Assembly: GCA_015680685.1 (NCBI GenBank)
Contig: MNCI01003364.1
Location: 1-64,000 of the forward strand
Direction of reading: 5' to 3'
Origin: Gnetum montanum
Lineage: Eukaryota; Plantae; Gnetophyta
DNA length: 64,000 nucleotides
The notes under the pieces were generated by a model. That model did not search any database, was not told the origin of the DNA, and saw nothing but the letters and a program-made list of their open reading frames with translations. Below, piece after piece: positions 27,321 to 40,422 of this stretch. How positions within the stretch are numbered: the stretch's first letter is position 1; each line of letters begins with the position of its first letter. The translations under genes were made by a program, and so were the position numbers.

Positions 27321-29043
27321 TGTACTAACTGAAATCATCGGTGTAAGGCTGGAAGGAAAAAAAACAAACACTGAAAGATAGTCGGATAGGCACAGCTGAC
27401 CCTGCCTTCGCATGAGGGCAAGCTGGAAAAGAAAACGAAGGCATAGTGCCTTGGATGGTCTGCACACAAATCAACCAAGGACTTCCTCAAACGTAAGCTA
27501 TGGCTTGCACTAGGGCTATTGCAACTAATGTTTGAAATGTAAACAGTGATGCACGAAATGCAAACAGAGCATATACAGAACTAGTATTGTAAACAAAGCG
27601 TAAACTGAATTTAAAATAGAGTAAACAATACAATGGAAGGCAAAAATAAGCTATATTGTATTTCTTAGAATGAATGTGAACCAGTCAAAGCATAGCTGCA
27701 TGTATGGATGGAAAGTCAAGTGCTAAGCCCCAGGGTGATATGCTTGCAGGTGCTTGGATGCTAGGAGTCAGGTGCGCTTGAGCATCCAAAAGTTGCTAGT
27801 CAGTGTTTCCTAAGCCGTCAACCTTCAAAATTATCCACCCCATTTATGTGAATGGATGGGGTATTTATAAGGTTTGGATAGGTTTGGGTATGTAACTCAT
27901 AGATGGATCAATGGCTGAGAAATGAGAGGAAAATGGATCATGTGACAGGTGTTAGATGGAAAGCTATGTGTCAATTGGGCTTGCATACGTGGGCTACGTT
28001 CTTGACCGGATGCACTATATCTTACAACATGTGTTGGATTACACAAGCTAGCTTACACCCCTAGAAGTAGATACAATTTGGAGTGTAAGAGCTTGACAAG
28101 CTCACAAATGATGAGAATTTACAATGAAAATGATAATGTACAACAAGAGAGATTGACTCCAGCTTGCTTGAAACTTCTCAATCCCTGAATTGACTACTGT
28201 AGGATGTCGATTTGAGTGGTTTTTTGGTTGTTTGAGGCATCTTTGTTTCATTAGAGCTTCTATTTTGAGTTAATTTTTTCTTGGTGTATCCTTAGTGTGT
28301 GTTTGACATGCTTTTAACTGGTCGTGATCAATACTCACGCTGCACTCATGCTGTCAGCATGACTTTAGTGTGACCTCAGCGTGAGTGAGCTAAAAATGAT
28401 ATATTTCACACCAAATTTTGGTCTTTGAAGTCCATTTCTTGAGTACAACAATTTTCTAACTGTGGTTGACCTTAAGAGTAATCTGCAAGTCAAAAATTGA
28501 GCTTGGATATGCCTTGTTTTAGACCACTTTTGGTAGCTCACGCTGGACTCATGCTACTAGCGTGACCTCAGCATGAGCTACAAAAACTTGTAATTTTGGA
28601 CCTGAAATCTAGAATTCTAAAGGCTGGAACTTGAAGTTGTCAACAATGAACCCTAAGGATGACTTGAACCTTTGAAATCAAACCATTTCGCCTCAGTTTT
28701 AAGGCTCTCATAGTTGCTCACACTATACTCACACTGAGAACATGACCTTAGTGTGACCATCAGTGTGAGTGAGAAAACTTGTACAATTTGACCTAAAATT
28801 TGAACTCCTGAATGCTAAAATTTGAAGTGAACAATAATGATCCTTGAGGATGGCTTGCACCCTTAGATTGGACCATCTTTGACTTGATTTTGGAGTCATT
28901 AGAGTTGCTCACACTGAGGGCAAGCTAGCTTGACAGGCTGAGCATGAGTTACATGCCTTCGTCAAATGTTTGCCTCCTAAATGCTCAAAATGGCCTAAGT
29001 TGTTCTCATTTCAAATTGTTAGGCTAAAATTAGTGGTGTTTCA
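27321..29043 (-). repeat. 3' LTR of Ogre-like element
   Basis: Colinear with 43297-45023. PPT gagggaccaa on minus strand at 29044-29053. Confidence 0.95.
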
Positions 29044-30194
29044 TTGGTCCCTCTTTGTTAACGTCTAGAAGAATCCACCCAAGATGTGTCGACAAAGAAG
29101 TACAAAACACCATGAATAACCAAGTACCAAACATCAACCATCAGCCCCTGGCTGGACGTCATCGCATCGTGTTTCAAAAGTACATGGGATTGGGGTAGTG
29201 CAGTTCAAGATGCAAGGGGATTAGTTGTAACTAGGAAAATCACGAGTTAATCAAGGGTTATAATTGCTATTGGAATTGTGGGAGAGGAATACTCTCACGT
29301 GAATAAGCCATATTTTTGATCCTTATCAGTAGCCAGTGTTTAGCAGACTCGGAACCAAGACATAGGAGGTGCGTTCTTTGGAGAAATGGGACTCTTGTAG
29401 AGTGTTTATAGGAGCTTGTTGTAAATAACCAAAGCCACGTGATGATGTACAACATGATCATTTGATACATGAGTGTAACTATTTTTTTAAGACAATTACC
29501 TTCCCGCCTAGGGCTTGTATGAGAAGAGCCAATGATCTTTGGTCTATGATGTCAACGGGGGCATGAAGACCTTTTCTGTGCATTTTGATCTTTGATCTTT
29601 TTGTTCTTTTCTTTCTTTTTGTTTATTTTTCTTTTCTTTTTTTTTTGTTCTTTTTGGAAGAGCTTACTTTTAGTGCTATGCTCATGCGTTTGCATTTGTA
29701 TCATGTATCGCGTAACTATGTTTTGCATTGCAACTGCTTAGAGAATCACAGTGTGCAACAGTGTATCAAGAGTTTTGGGATGAGTAGAATGTGTCCAGGG
29801 AGTGTAATTAAATAGGATAAGGGAAACATGATGAGGAATAGGGAATGTATCATGAGTGTACTTATGAACGAATTGATTAACCTAGTTGCAAGCGTTAGGA
29901 AGAATGTGATACCTTGTTGTCATGATGAAGCACATTTGTGCATGAGTGCCTCAGGCATGTCATCCTACAAATACAACTCTAAGAAGACAAGAAAACCAAA
30001 AATGATTCAGTTAACTAAGTACTTTAAACTTGAACACAACCAAGGAGATGGAGCCACCATGTGCAATTTCAAAGCAGACAGAACAACATCAGCTTCATCT
30101 GGGTCCATGAGAAAAATTATGTAGCAATTTTTTTATGGAATAGGTACAGCCAATTGCAACAACATATCTTTTCAAGCATTGCTTGATCATCGAT

Positions 30195-30480
30195 GATGTT
30201 GCCAGTTTATAGTCTTGATAGACTGTTGTGGGTTAGTTTCACAACATAATCCTTTGGATGGTGCCAGTTTAGCATCGTAGCGGATGGTGCATTGCTAGTT
30301 TATAGTCATAGTGGACTATGGATGCTAGTTTTACGTCATGGTGGATAAATGTGGCACTTTAAAGTTATGCCAAACAAAGCTCTATGGTGTCAATTTATTG
30401 TCATGACTCTAGGACACTCTGTGATGCCAGTTTCAATTCATAGCCTCAGGACTATTCTATCGTATCATTTTTAGATTGTG
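30195..30480. repeat. degenerate ~30-33-bp array (CCAGTTTA.nGTCAT.GTGGA) 3' of integrase
   Basis: About 8-9 units, e.g. tgccagtttatagtc, tgctagtttatagtcatagtggac, tgctagttttacgtcatggtgga. Confidence 0.7.
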
Positions 30481-30510
30481 ATGCCAAGACCGTTACTTAC
30501 CTTAGGTTGA

Positions 30511-33500
30511 TTAGACATAGTACCGTTTTAGGTACAAGTGATTTGTAGGATTAGCAAACTCGCTCTCATCTATGTCAACAAGTTTGAATGCTCTATTATT
30601 ATACACCTTGGTGAATAAGTAAGGCCCTTCTTAGTTAGCTGAGAATTTATCTGGATGTTCACGGATGACCTTAAGGACTAGGTCTCTTTCTTTAATCGGG
30701 TGCTTATGCAGATCGTGCTTGTGTCATTCCTGCTACTGTTTCTGGTACCACTCGATCTGATCAAGTGTTTGTACACATTCCTCCTCCACCGAGTCAAGGT
30801 CATCAATGTGTAGTTCATAGCTTTGGTTTTCATCAAGGAGGCCTGAGAGGGCTATCCACAACAAGGGAACCTATAACTCCAAAGGTAAAACAACTTTAGA
30901 TCCGTATACAAGACTATATGGAGTTTTACCTATAGATGTTCAATTTGTCATTCTATATGCCCACAATGCATAGAATAATTATTCATGCCATCACCTCTTG
31001 CTTTGATTTAGCATCTTTTTGAGCACCATGATGATAGTTTTATTTGTAGCCTCTGCTTGACCATTTCTCTGTGGGTAGTAAGGTGACGAGAATGCATGTT
31101 TAATACCTAGGCTTTCACAGAAGATTTCGGTATCTGTATTGTTGAATTGTGGCCCATTTTCAGTAACGATGGTCATCAGAATACCAAAATGGATCATGAT
31201 ATTTTCTATTATGAAAGTGAAAACATGTTAGAAGTGGTCTTCCTAAGGTAAACAACTTCTACCCATTTTATGAAATATTTAGTTGTAGTGATAATGAAGC
31301 TATGTCCTACGGAGGATGATGGTGTTATCGGTCTAATTAAGTCCAATCCCCATTTTTGTAATGGCCATGTGATTAGTGTTGTGTTTAATTCGTTAGGTAG
31401 CACATGTATTAGGTTACCTTGCCTTTGGAAAATGTCACATGTCCTGACCTTGGAGAAGCAATCGTACTCCATGTGTGGCTAGTAGTAGCTCAAACACCTA
31501 ATCTTTGTTGCCATTGCTTTGGGTCCTATGTGCCCTATACAAAGTCCTTTGTGGACTTGTTACAATCGTTTAACCATCAATGCTACTAACACACATCAAT
31601 AGAATGCCTTCATAGGATTTACAACACAAGGTGTCTCCTATTAACACGTACTGCCGGGAGCATTTTCGTACCACGTCCTTTTGAGCGTTTGTCAAATGTT
31701 GTGGAGGTCCACCTCGTAGAAGGTAATATTTTATGTCATTGTACCATTCTATTGCACATGTTGTGCTAATGGATGCTATAGGCATTTCATCGAGAGTGTT
31801 GGTTATAGGTTTGGCACAATTTGTTATAGAGTTAGGCAACACATGGAACATTTTGGGTGTCATGTTTAGGGCTAGTGTAGCAAGTGCATCGGCAATAGTG
31901 TTTTCGCTTCTAGGGACATGTTGTATATCCACTTCTACTAATCACCTCAGTAGATGTTTGGTCAAATCACAATATGGTTGCAAATGAAGAGCTTTGGATG
32001 CGTAAACTTCTATGACTTGATTAATGACTAACTATCAATCGCCTCAAACTACAATATGTGTGATCCCTAAAGTCAATGCTGCTTGAAGACCTCTAAGAAG
32101 AGCTTCGTATTCTACCATGTTATTGGTATAGGGAAAGGTTAATTGGTAGGTGAAGGGTTGGATTTCTCTGGAGGGGTATGTTAAAATGGTTGCAGCACTT
32201 CCTCCTCGGGAAGTTGAAGCTCCATCGAAATAAAGGATTGCCTCGTAGTTATCAGGTACGGTGTCTATACTATTAACATTCTCATTAGGGAATTCAGGGT
32301 TAATCTTTTCTTGATCATGTATTGGCAAGATGGTTAGTTGTGTGAATATTGCTTAACCTTTTGTGGAAGATTGAGCAACATAGTGTAGGTCAAACTTTGC
32401 AATCATCACTTTCCACCTAGCTATCCTACTCAACTCATAGATGTTGTTAGTGATGGCGCGGAGTACATTATTCTTGCAAATGATGTAGACTTGATTACGA
32501 AAGAGATAATGCTGCCATTTATTCAAGGAGAAGACAAGGGCAAGACATGATTTCTCCATGTCATTGTATCATTGTTCATAAGAAATTAGAGCATGGCTTA
32601 GGTAATAAACAGGGATCTCAATTCCATCTTACGTTTTTGACAAAGCATTGACACAATGGAAGAATCAGATGTTGTAAGGTAGATGTAGAATGGTTTATCG
32701 CTCTGTGGGGGATAAATGGTCAGCAGTTGAGCTAGCTCTTACTTTATGTTCTTGAATGCTTCCTGGCACTATTGGGTCCATTGGAAATGCACATTCTTTC
32801 ATAATAGGTGTTGCATGAATCTCAACTTATCCATTAGCCTTTCGATAAAGCATCTAATGAATTGCAGCCTACCTTGGAGACCTTGTAGTTCGGTAAGGTT
32901 TTTTGGTGGTTGCATGTTAGTTATTGCCTTAACCTTATCGGGGTCTACCTGTATCCCTATTCCAGAGACTACGAAGCCAAGCATTTTACCCATTTTAACA
33001 CCAAAGACACACTTCTTTGGGTTGAGCCTAAGGTCATATTTGAGACAATGTTTAAGCACTAGGTCTAGATCTTTTGCATGTTGTTCATTTTTTTTAGATT
33101 TAACCACGATGTTGTCAACATAATCATTGAGAAAATTGAGCATGTAATCACTAAATATATATGTCATTACTCATTGATATGTAGTGCCTGCATTTTTAAG
33201 ACCAAACGACATCATCATATAGCAGAATGTGCCCCAAGGCGTCATAAAGGTTATTCTAAGTTGATGTTTAGGGTTGATTCGTATTTGGTTGTATCCTAAA
33301 AATCCATCCATAAAGGATAATAGTGCATGCCCAATAGTTGTGTCAATAAGTTGATTGATGCTAGGTAGCAGGAAGTCATCCTTTATAGTGGCTGTGATGA
33401 GATCACGAAAGTCAATGCATATGTGTATGCTACCATTCTTCTTAGGGACTACAATAATGTTTGATACCTAGTCAGAATAGTCAATAGCTCGGATGAAACT

Positions 33501-33992
33501 AGCTTGGTAGAGCTTTGTGATTTTAGCACGAACTGCTAATGCCACCTTAGGTTTAACCTTTCATGCCTTTTGCTTCACCGGTTTGATTTTTGCATCAAGA
33601 ATGATGTTGTGTTGGACAATTCGGGGGTCTAATCTTGGCATGTCGGTATATGACCATGAAAATTTTTTATATTGTCTTTTAGTACTTGAGTGATGTCACT
33701 GACAAGTTGTGAGTCTAGTAGAGCACTTAATTTCAATGTTCTAGTTTCATCATTGAATGTAGTAATGGGGACTTCAACAAGAGGATCTTCAGTGATATTA
33801 TCAGCCTCTAGATCTAAAGTTTTAGCCACATTTTTAGGCCAATACAATGTTTCCTGAGTGGAGGCTATTAAATTAGTATAAGCGCATGTGTCTAGATCCA
33901 AGGACTTTAGATTGATTGCTCTTTTTACCTCCCCATATGATCCAGTGAGAGATAATGCTGAAAGGACATTCTTGGTGGCCATGTGCTTTCTC
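30511..33992 (-). pseudogene. pol: Ogre-like pol exon 2: RT, RNase H, archaeal RNase H, integrase
   Basis: ICIDFRDL; YVDNIVVKS..LRLNPKKCVFGV; MEKSCLALVF; aRH LYFDGAS..TNNMVEYEALL..HVPRSENTIADALA; INT WGLDLI..SSPYYPQRNGQAEATNK. Confidence 0.93.
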
Positions 33993-34549
33993 CTGCCAAT
34001 TTAAACTGGGAATGAAGTAAGTGACATTTTCTTGATGAAAGAATTGTTAAATGTAAACGGGCATCGGATAATTAATTTATGTACTAACGAAATTGCGGAA
34101 CGTAGTGATAGTCATGGTAGTTTTAGGCCGTATCGGGCTAGTAATATTCATGTCATTTTGTGTTATGGATGAGTGTATGTAGCATTGTTAATTTTGTGTG
34201 AACCATAAATTTAAAGGATTTTAAAGTCCTATGGATTTTTATGCATGTTATTATGTATTTTTATATGTTTTTATATACATATTTTTTTTATGTTAACTTT
34301 TCTCCCCTCCTTTGTATATTTTTTTTGCAATCTTTAATATTTTGACCTTATTCCACAAAAATAAAATAAAGAGGAATGTAAAAATAGAACAAAGACAATA
34401 TAAGTAATAACATGAAGAAAAAAATTAAACATTAAACATGGTGAATTAAATGAATAAATATAAAGGTAAAAATAAAATAAAAAAATAACTAAATTGAGGG
34501 TGAACATGGGGTTAAAAAGGGGTTTTGAGATACAAGGGCGTCATTTGTG

Positions 34550-35660
34550 CTAGCATGAGTTCTTGGGCATTTGGATTACAGCATGAGCTAGGGAGTGTTG
34601 TGTGAGTGTCAGCATGAGTGTTAGCATGAGCCATGAAGGGCAAAGGGAAAGCAAGTTGAGGCAAAGGGAAGAGGCAAGTGAATCTGGCGTTCATGGAGGA
34701 GAGTGAAGAGCTACTTCAGCGTCTCCCTCAAGCTAAAATTCCAGCATGGGATGGAGCTCTGAATAGGTCCATTTCTTCCTTTTCTTTCTAGTATTCCATA
34801 CACAGCGTTAGCTAGGGTAGCATGGTTGCTCATGGCCACCATTTTCTTCTATATGTTCAACATGATTTTGAATTGTTTTGGGGATTTAGAGCTTGTTTCT
34901 AGGGTTTGTGGCCTGCTGTATTTTTGGGTGAGTTAGATTTTTTTTTGGTATTTTTATTTTCATTTTGTTTACTAGGGAGAGAATGACATGAGTGCCAGGG
35001 CTTTCTAGGTAGCATGAGCTTTCCCAAGGTAGTGTTAGCGTGAGCTTTCCCAAGGTAGTGTAAGTGCCAGGGCTTCCTAGGCAATGTGAGCTTTTAGGGC
35101 TTCCTGGGCAGTGTGAGTGTAGGGAAGCATGATTAAGCCAAGGAAACCCTAGTGTGAGTGCTTGGGAGATAGGTGGCATGAGTACGTTGTAGGTAGGCCT
35201 TAGCATGAGCACCAGGGATGCCCAGTGTGAGTTGTTTAGGTAGGCCCCAGCATGAGCACCAAGGATGCCCAGTGTGACTTATTCAGGCAGGCCCCAACAT
35301 GAGTGCCAAGAACAAGTAGCATGAGTGCCTAGGTAGGCCCTAGCATGAGTTTTTTAGGCAGGCCCCAACATGAGTGCTAGGAACAGGCAACGTGAGTTCC
35401 TGGGCAAGCCCCAACATGAGTGCCAGGAAAAGCTCAGCTTGAGTGGTCAGGGAAGCATAACATGAGTGTCATGGAAAAACCATAGCATGAGTTCTTGGGG
35501 AACCAACAATGTGACTACTAGGAACAGGTAGTGTGAGTTCCTGGGTAGGCCCCAGCATGAGTTCCAGGAACAGGCAGCAGGAGTTCCATAGGAGTGTGCT
35601 TTTCATGAGTGGTATTTTCCCTTTATCATTCTCAACAGTTACTGGCAATGTGAGCATGTC
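34550..35660. repeat. array of CAGCGTGAG-derived motifs (~22-24-bp units) upstream of the intronic gene
   Basis: Dozens of AGCATGAG/AGTGTGAG/AACATGAG/AGCGTGAG variants, e.g. ggtaggccccagcatgagcacc repeated at 35190-35570. Confidence 0.85.
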
Positions 35661-35998
35661 TAGCTTGTGTCAAAATGTAAACCTGCAAATTGTTCCTTGA
35701 AATGTTTATTCTCTACTGGTGTTTATGTCTACACTATTTTTTTCTTGTTTGTACAAATTTAAATACATTTTTATGAATCTACGAATATTCATGGTTTTAT
35801 ACCTTCATGTTCATTTTATGTTGCTTGCGACAAACTACTGTGTAAACGATTTCAATGTATCCCAGCAAGTGTTAAATACACCAAATGAATATTAGTGTCC
35901 TTATCTCATGGGGTGATGTTATGTATTTAAATGTTGTTTATGTGATTTCATACTATTTTTAGCACTTGGACTCTTTACTTACCTAAGGTTTTGGCTGT

Positions 35999-38900
35999 AT
36001 GGAGGGGGCCTAGACCTTCTCTCCTTGTGGTTGTGCTTGTTGGTGTACTTGCTTAGTTTGGCCCTTTTGGACCAAACATACCTCCTTATGACATGCGCAT
36101 TGGGCCTCATGTGATATGGTTCCATCTTGGTGTTGGTTCATTTTTATCATTTATTTTGCAAAATTTCAGCGTAGTTATATGGTCTCATTTAAGTGAGCAG
36201 TTGGCTCGTGATATCATTGAAACCATGTTACCTGGATCTACGCAAGACATGCTTGCCTTCATTACTGACATAGATGAGAGACTTTTTACAATTGAGGGAG
36301 GCCCTGCCGAGGGTCCTAGATTGACGTGTCCCTTGACTCATGTATGGGAACTACTTACTTGTAGCCATTATAACAGCAACAACACACTTTTTCTAGCCTT
36401 TCGTGTGCACACTCTATTTCAAAACCCTCCTAGGACAATGTATAGAGTGGATAGGTATGCTCTTTTATGCTCTGCTTAATTTTTGATTCTTTTAAAATTA
36501 TATCATTGCCTATGCATAAATATTCTTTTTTTATATAGGCCTCATTTTGATGAGAATGGGATGCATGATGATGACAGTGGGCTTACCTTCGCATGCACAG
36601 TGTTGGAGGCATTTATGGTGGGCCCCATTCTTCATGCTACGGTATTGGACTAGAAAAAAGCGGCTATTGTTGACTACCATAGGCAATTTTCAAGGGCTTT
36701 TGAAAGTTTTCAAGTTCGTGGTTGGTTGCATGAGGATTGGTCCTTTAATGGGCCAATTGTTCCTTAGAGAATTGATCTTGCACCTAATGTGCCTACGCCA
36801 TTTACTGATGGTAAATGATCCCATTCTAGACTCCATTTTCTCTTTGTTGCATCATCATGTACTATGTTTCTAACCTTTCGCTCTATGTTTTTCCTATAAT
36901 AGCCATCTCTTCTAATGAAGTTACCATCGTATCAGGGCGTACTGAGGCCACTCTTTTCATGAAATATGGAGAGACAGAATAGTCACAAGAATGGTTGCAA
37001 AAGAAGGCCTTTGATTTGGTCATCAACCATCTAACCCGTGTGGGTTTGATGGACTTGTTCACTACTCTGACCCCTAACATCCCAGCTACTGAAATGATTA
37101 CCATTGTTGATTCTTTTAGTGACGATGATTCTCATTTCACTACGCAGGTTTAGGGAGTAAAGGTATCTTTCCACCTAAATACTGAGTTCCTTTCCAATCT
37201 TTTTGGTGTACCTATGGATGGTGCCAAAGTGGCAGTAGATAAAGAGACTAAAGAAAGAAAAATCATAAAGGAACTTGAAGATTGGTTAGGTGTGTCTTGG
37301 GGTCCCAAAGGTTTTTCCATGTAAGATGATACTTGATCAACAGAGGCGAACTTCTTGTACCTTCTCTTTTGGGCACGGGCATTCCCTAAATCTTTTTCTC
37401 AAGGAAGAAACCTTAGGATCAAGTCTACACGTATTATACATGCAATCCTAGAGATAGGCATGTGTTATAACTAGGCACAATTTCTTGGGTCTGGCTTTCA
37501 TGGAGAGATTGTTAGGTTACACTCAAACATCAATGCCAAATCCCACTTCACATTTTCCTTCTTCATAGGATACCTACGTAGGTTTGCTAAGTTCCTAGTA
37601 ATTTATGGTGATAGCTGTTATATATTGAGGAATCGTTCACAACTGTCCCGCCCTTGGATTCACCATTTTTTTAGCACCACTAGATCTCAAGACCCACTCG
37701 AAGGCATCGAAGAATCAATGTCTATTACTACTGGGGGTGCAGCTAGTCGTTCCCATCATTCCCGTGATAGCTTTGGATTGGAACCACCTATACTACACAT
37801 GTCTATTAAAGGGGCTAAACATCTTATTTGTGAGACCGTCGGGAGATCCAAGGCGAAGGTGAAAAGAAATGATCACCCAAGGGAGCCTACCCTAGAGGTG
37901 ATACCACCAAGAACGAAGAGGATCTACTTCGTATTGCCAATGGAGGATAACTATTTTTATTTTATTGTTATATATATATATATATATATATAATGTTTTA
38001 GTTTATATGTTTATTAAACATATGTATATGCTATGTCATACTAACACTAGGATTCTGGTGTTATCAGAGGAAAGTCCTAAGGGGGAGACAAAAGCCTTGG
38101 CCTCGATGGTTGAACTAGAAGTGGTCATCATAGGGCCAAAGGAAGAAGGAAAAGAGGGGGAATAAGCAATTGAGAAACCTCTTGTCTCACAATAAGAAGA
38201 TGTAACAAGCATCATGGGGATGAAGCTTGCGGAGGCTTTGGATGCACTTAAGCATTCAAGTGATGAGAGAGGTGTCTTCGATGGACCTTTGCAACTTGGT
38301 GATCCACCCAAGCTGACCAGCAAAGGGCTTTTTGGTATATTCATTTTAGCTCAATCCATGTTGTTGTACCCTTTAGCTTTTATGTGTTGTCTTTGATTAT
38401 CTTGATTTTTCCTAGCATCAGAGGTAGATGTTGAGATTTTTGAGGCACATACATCTCAGGCAGAGGTGTTAGGGTTATAGGCCCTAATTGAGGTGACCTC
38501 CCATGCTTGTCCCACATCAACTGACTAGCTAAGGTCATGGCCTAAGATGCCTAGTAAAATGGAATTTATCACTGGCATCGTTAATGATGTGGTCGCTCAC
38601 CTACAACAAGCTCATCCAGAACTAGGTATATGTTTGTTACATATTATGCCAAGTTTTTGGGTTTATTGTGTTTCTTTGCATTCTTTTTTTTTTATTATAG
38701 TTGATTCATGTATGCGGTACTTACACCTACAGGTGCCAAGCTCCAATGGGATCCTTCTGAGGCTACTCATATTGATGCCCTTCTTGAATTGCTAGGGAAT
38801 ATTGAGCAATTCCCTAGAAAGGTTTACGATGTAGTTTCCAGTTGCATCGTACAGAACGCTAAGTCGCTCTGGACTTGTAGGCATTTAGTTGAGTATCTAT

Positions 38901-39733
38901 GGGATGAGGTGCACTCATTGAAGGAAGTACTAACAAAGGAGAGAGAGGAGAAGAGGGATCTCCAATCCTATTATGATTTTGCTGCAACTAGGCTATTTAG
39001 TGATAGCACCTGGCACACATCTAAGATCACCTATGCACGTTACTGGATAGTTTTGAATAGCAAAGTGCAGGTGACATGGGATTTAGTTGAACAAAGGGCA
39101 CAGATGGATTTTCTAAATAGGAAATGTTACGATTAAAAATCCTTTACTACTAAAGTATGGAAGTGGGGTCAAGACCAAAAGGATCACAAGCATCAGTATA
39201 AGAAATGGTTAAAGGAGGAGTCAGTTGAACATCGCTGGATGGAAATGTTCATTGATGGGCTAGGCTTGCATCATGCTTATGATAGGTTTTCTAGGTGCAC
39301 TAAGGTGGAGGGATCTCCTAAGAGAACCACTACCACCACTTCCAGGGAGGCTTCGATAGGCATGTTTTGTCTTGAGTGTCCTACCTGGACTTCAGTGGAC
39401 AAGGGTGAAACTTTGGCTGGTATTGATCTTGGCCTAGAGGAGGATTGGGAAAATGTGCCTGGGGAGGAGATTCTATGATGTTTGGAGGCCAACTTAAAGC
39501 CCTCCTCACTTGTGAGTGTTTTATTATGGCACTTATTTTTGTATGGTTTTATTATTTTCATTGTTAGTGTTATTATTTTTTCATAGTTTTGTATTCATGA
39601 GTTGCTTTATTATTCTTACTTGTTTTTTCTTTGGTTCTTTGTTCTATTATAAGGACATGTTAATGATGGAGCTTGTCCCAGTGAAGCAAGAGTGAATGAT
39701 GAAGAGGATTTTGGGGACCACCCCCCTCCATGA
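35999..39733 (+). pseudogene. ~7-exon accessory gene: inactive FCP1/NIF-like HAD domain + PMD/Transposase_32-like domain + coiled coil
   Basis: Frame-preserving GT-AG introns at 36455-36538, 36811-36902, 38335-38415 and 38626-38732, plus less certain ~37946-38050 and 39512-39653. Exon 1 reads LLVVVLVGVL..IWFHLGVGSFLSFILQNFSVVIWS..VWE..YNSNNTLFL..FQNPPRT. Stops are deamination-type. Confidence 0.8.
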
Positions 39734-40074
39734 GCTTATTGTTAATTGGGCTTTCGCTATTAAGTGTTTTGGATTTTTGGATGTTTAATGGAAACATATG
39801 ATGGACATATGTAATGATATGGATCTAATCATGGCATAATGTGTTGGAATTTTATTACCATATTGATGTTCATTATATTTTTTATTTTTATTTGTTTTCT
39901 CAAGCATTATCGTGAACATATGCGTGTAGCTAAATGTAAAATGGGAGAACAAAATGTAAATCAAATATTTGTAAAAAAAGAAAGTAATGAGAAGACATGA
40001 AATGAAATTGTAACTTGTAACTTGTAAATGAAAATTTAATGTAACATAACAAGAGTTTGTGAATTTGTAACATG

Positions 40075-40325
40075 CTGGCTCTAGTTTAAAGCCATTTCAG
40101 GCTGTGTACATCAGTTTAAAGTCATGATGGACTATCACATCTATGTTAAAGAAAGAAGAATCACCAGTTTTAGGTCATAGTGGGCCAAAAGAAATACAGT
40201 TTTAGGAAGCCTTTTAAAAGGAACAGGCCATTTTTGACCATGCCTAGTTTATCATCATTGTTGACTTTTGCTAGTAGTTTAACATCATACTGGATGATTG
40301 GTAGTTTAACGTCATTCCAGACAGT
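40075..40325. repeat. second array of the CCAGTTTA.nGTCAT motif, at the donor-side end of the PR-RT intron
   Basis: atcagtttaaagtcatgatggac, accagttttaggtcatagtggg, gtagtttaacgtcattccagac. Confidence 0.65.
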
Positions 40326-40422
40326 CGAGGGTAGTTCACCCTAACCATTGAGTTGCTTTTTAATCCTTCATAGTTTGACGGGAGGGGTAGGGCATGTAGG
40401 CATGATCTTATACTCACCTTAC

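Larger units (their letters stand above)
33993..40422 (-). other. predicted 6430-bp PR-RT intron (Ogre-type) hosting an antisense gene
   Basis: Donor GAA GG|GTAAGG (40422) just before the PR-frame stop and acceptor TTGGCAG|G AGA AAG CAC ATG (33993) join PR and pre-RT ORFs in frame (ITSE-G-RKHMATK). Confidence 0.7.

Noticed and set aside
29140-29570. Possible ribozyme or structured RNA in the Ogre 3' UTR
   Set aside because: I could not fit hammerhead or twister cores by eye; an Infernal/Rfam search is needed
30195-30480. CRISPR-like repeat/spacer array (also 40075-40325, 35150-35600)
   Set aside because: Units are degenerate with no identical repeats or unique spacers, there are no cas genes, and the context is a eukaryotic retrotransposon
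33993-40422. Independent DNA transposon or Helitron inserted between PR and RT
   Set aside because: No TIRs, TSD or transposase/helicase motifs were seen. The region shares motifs with the host LTR and 3' UTR and the same gene recurs next to a second Ogre-like RT. Not fully excluded without family alignment.
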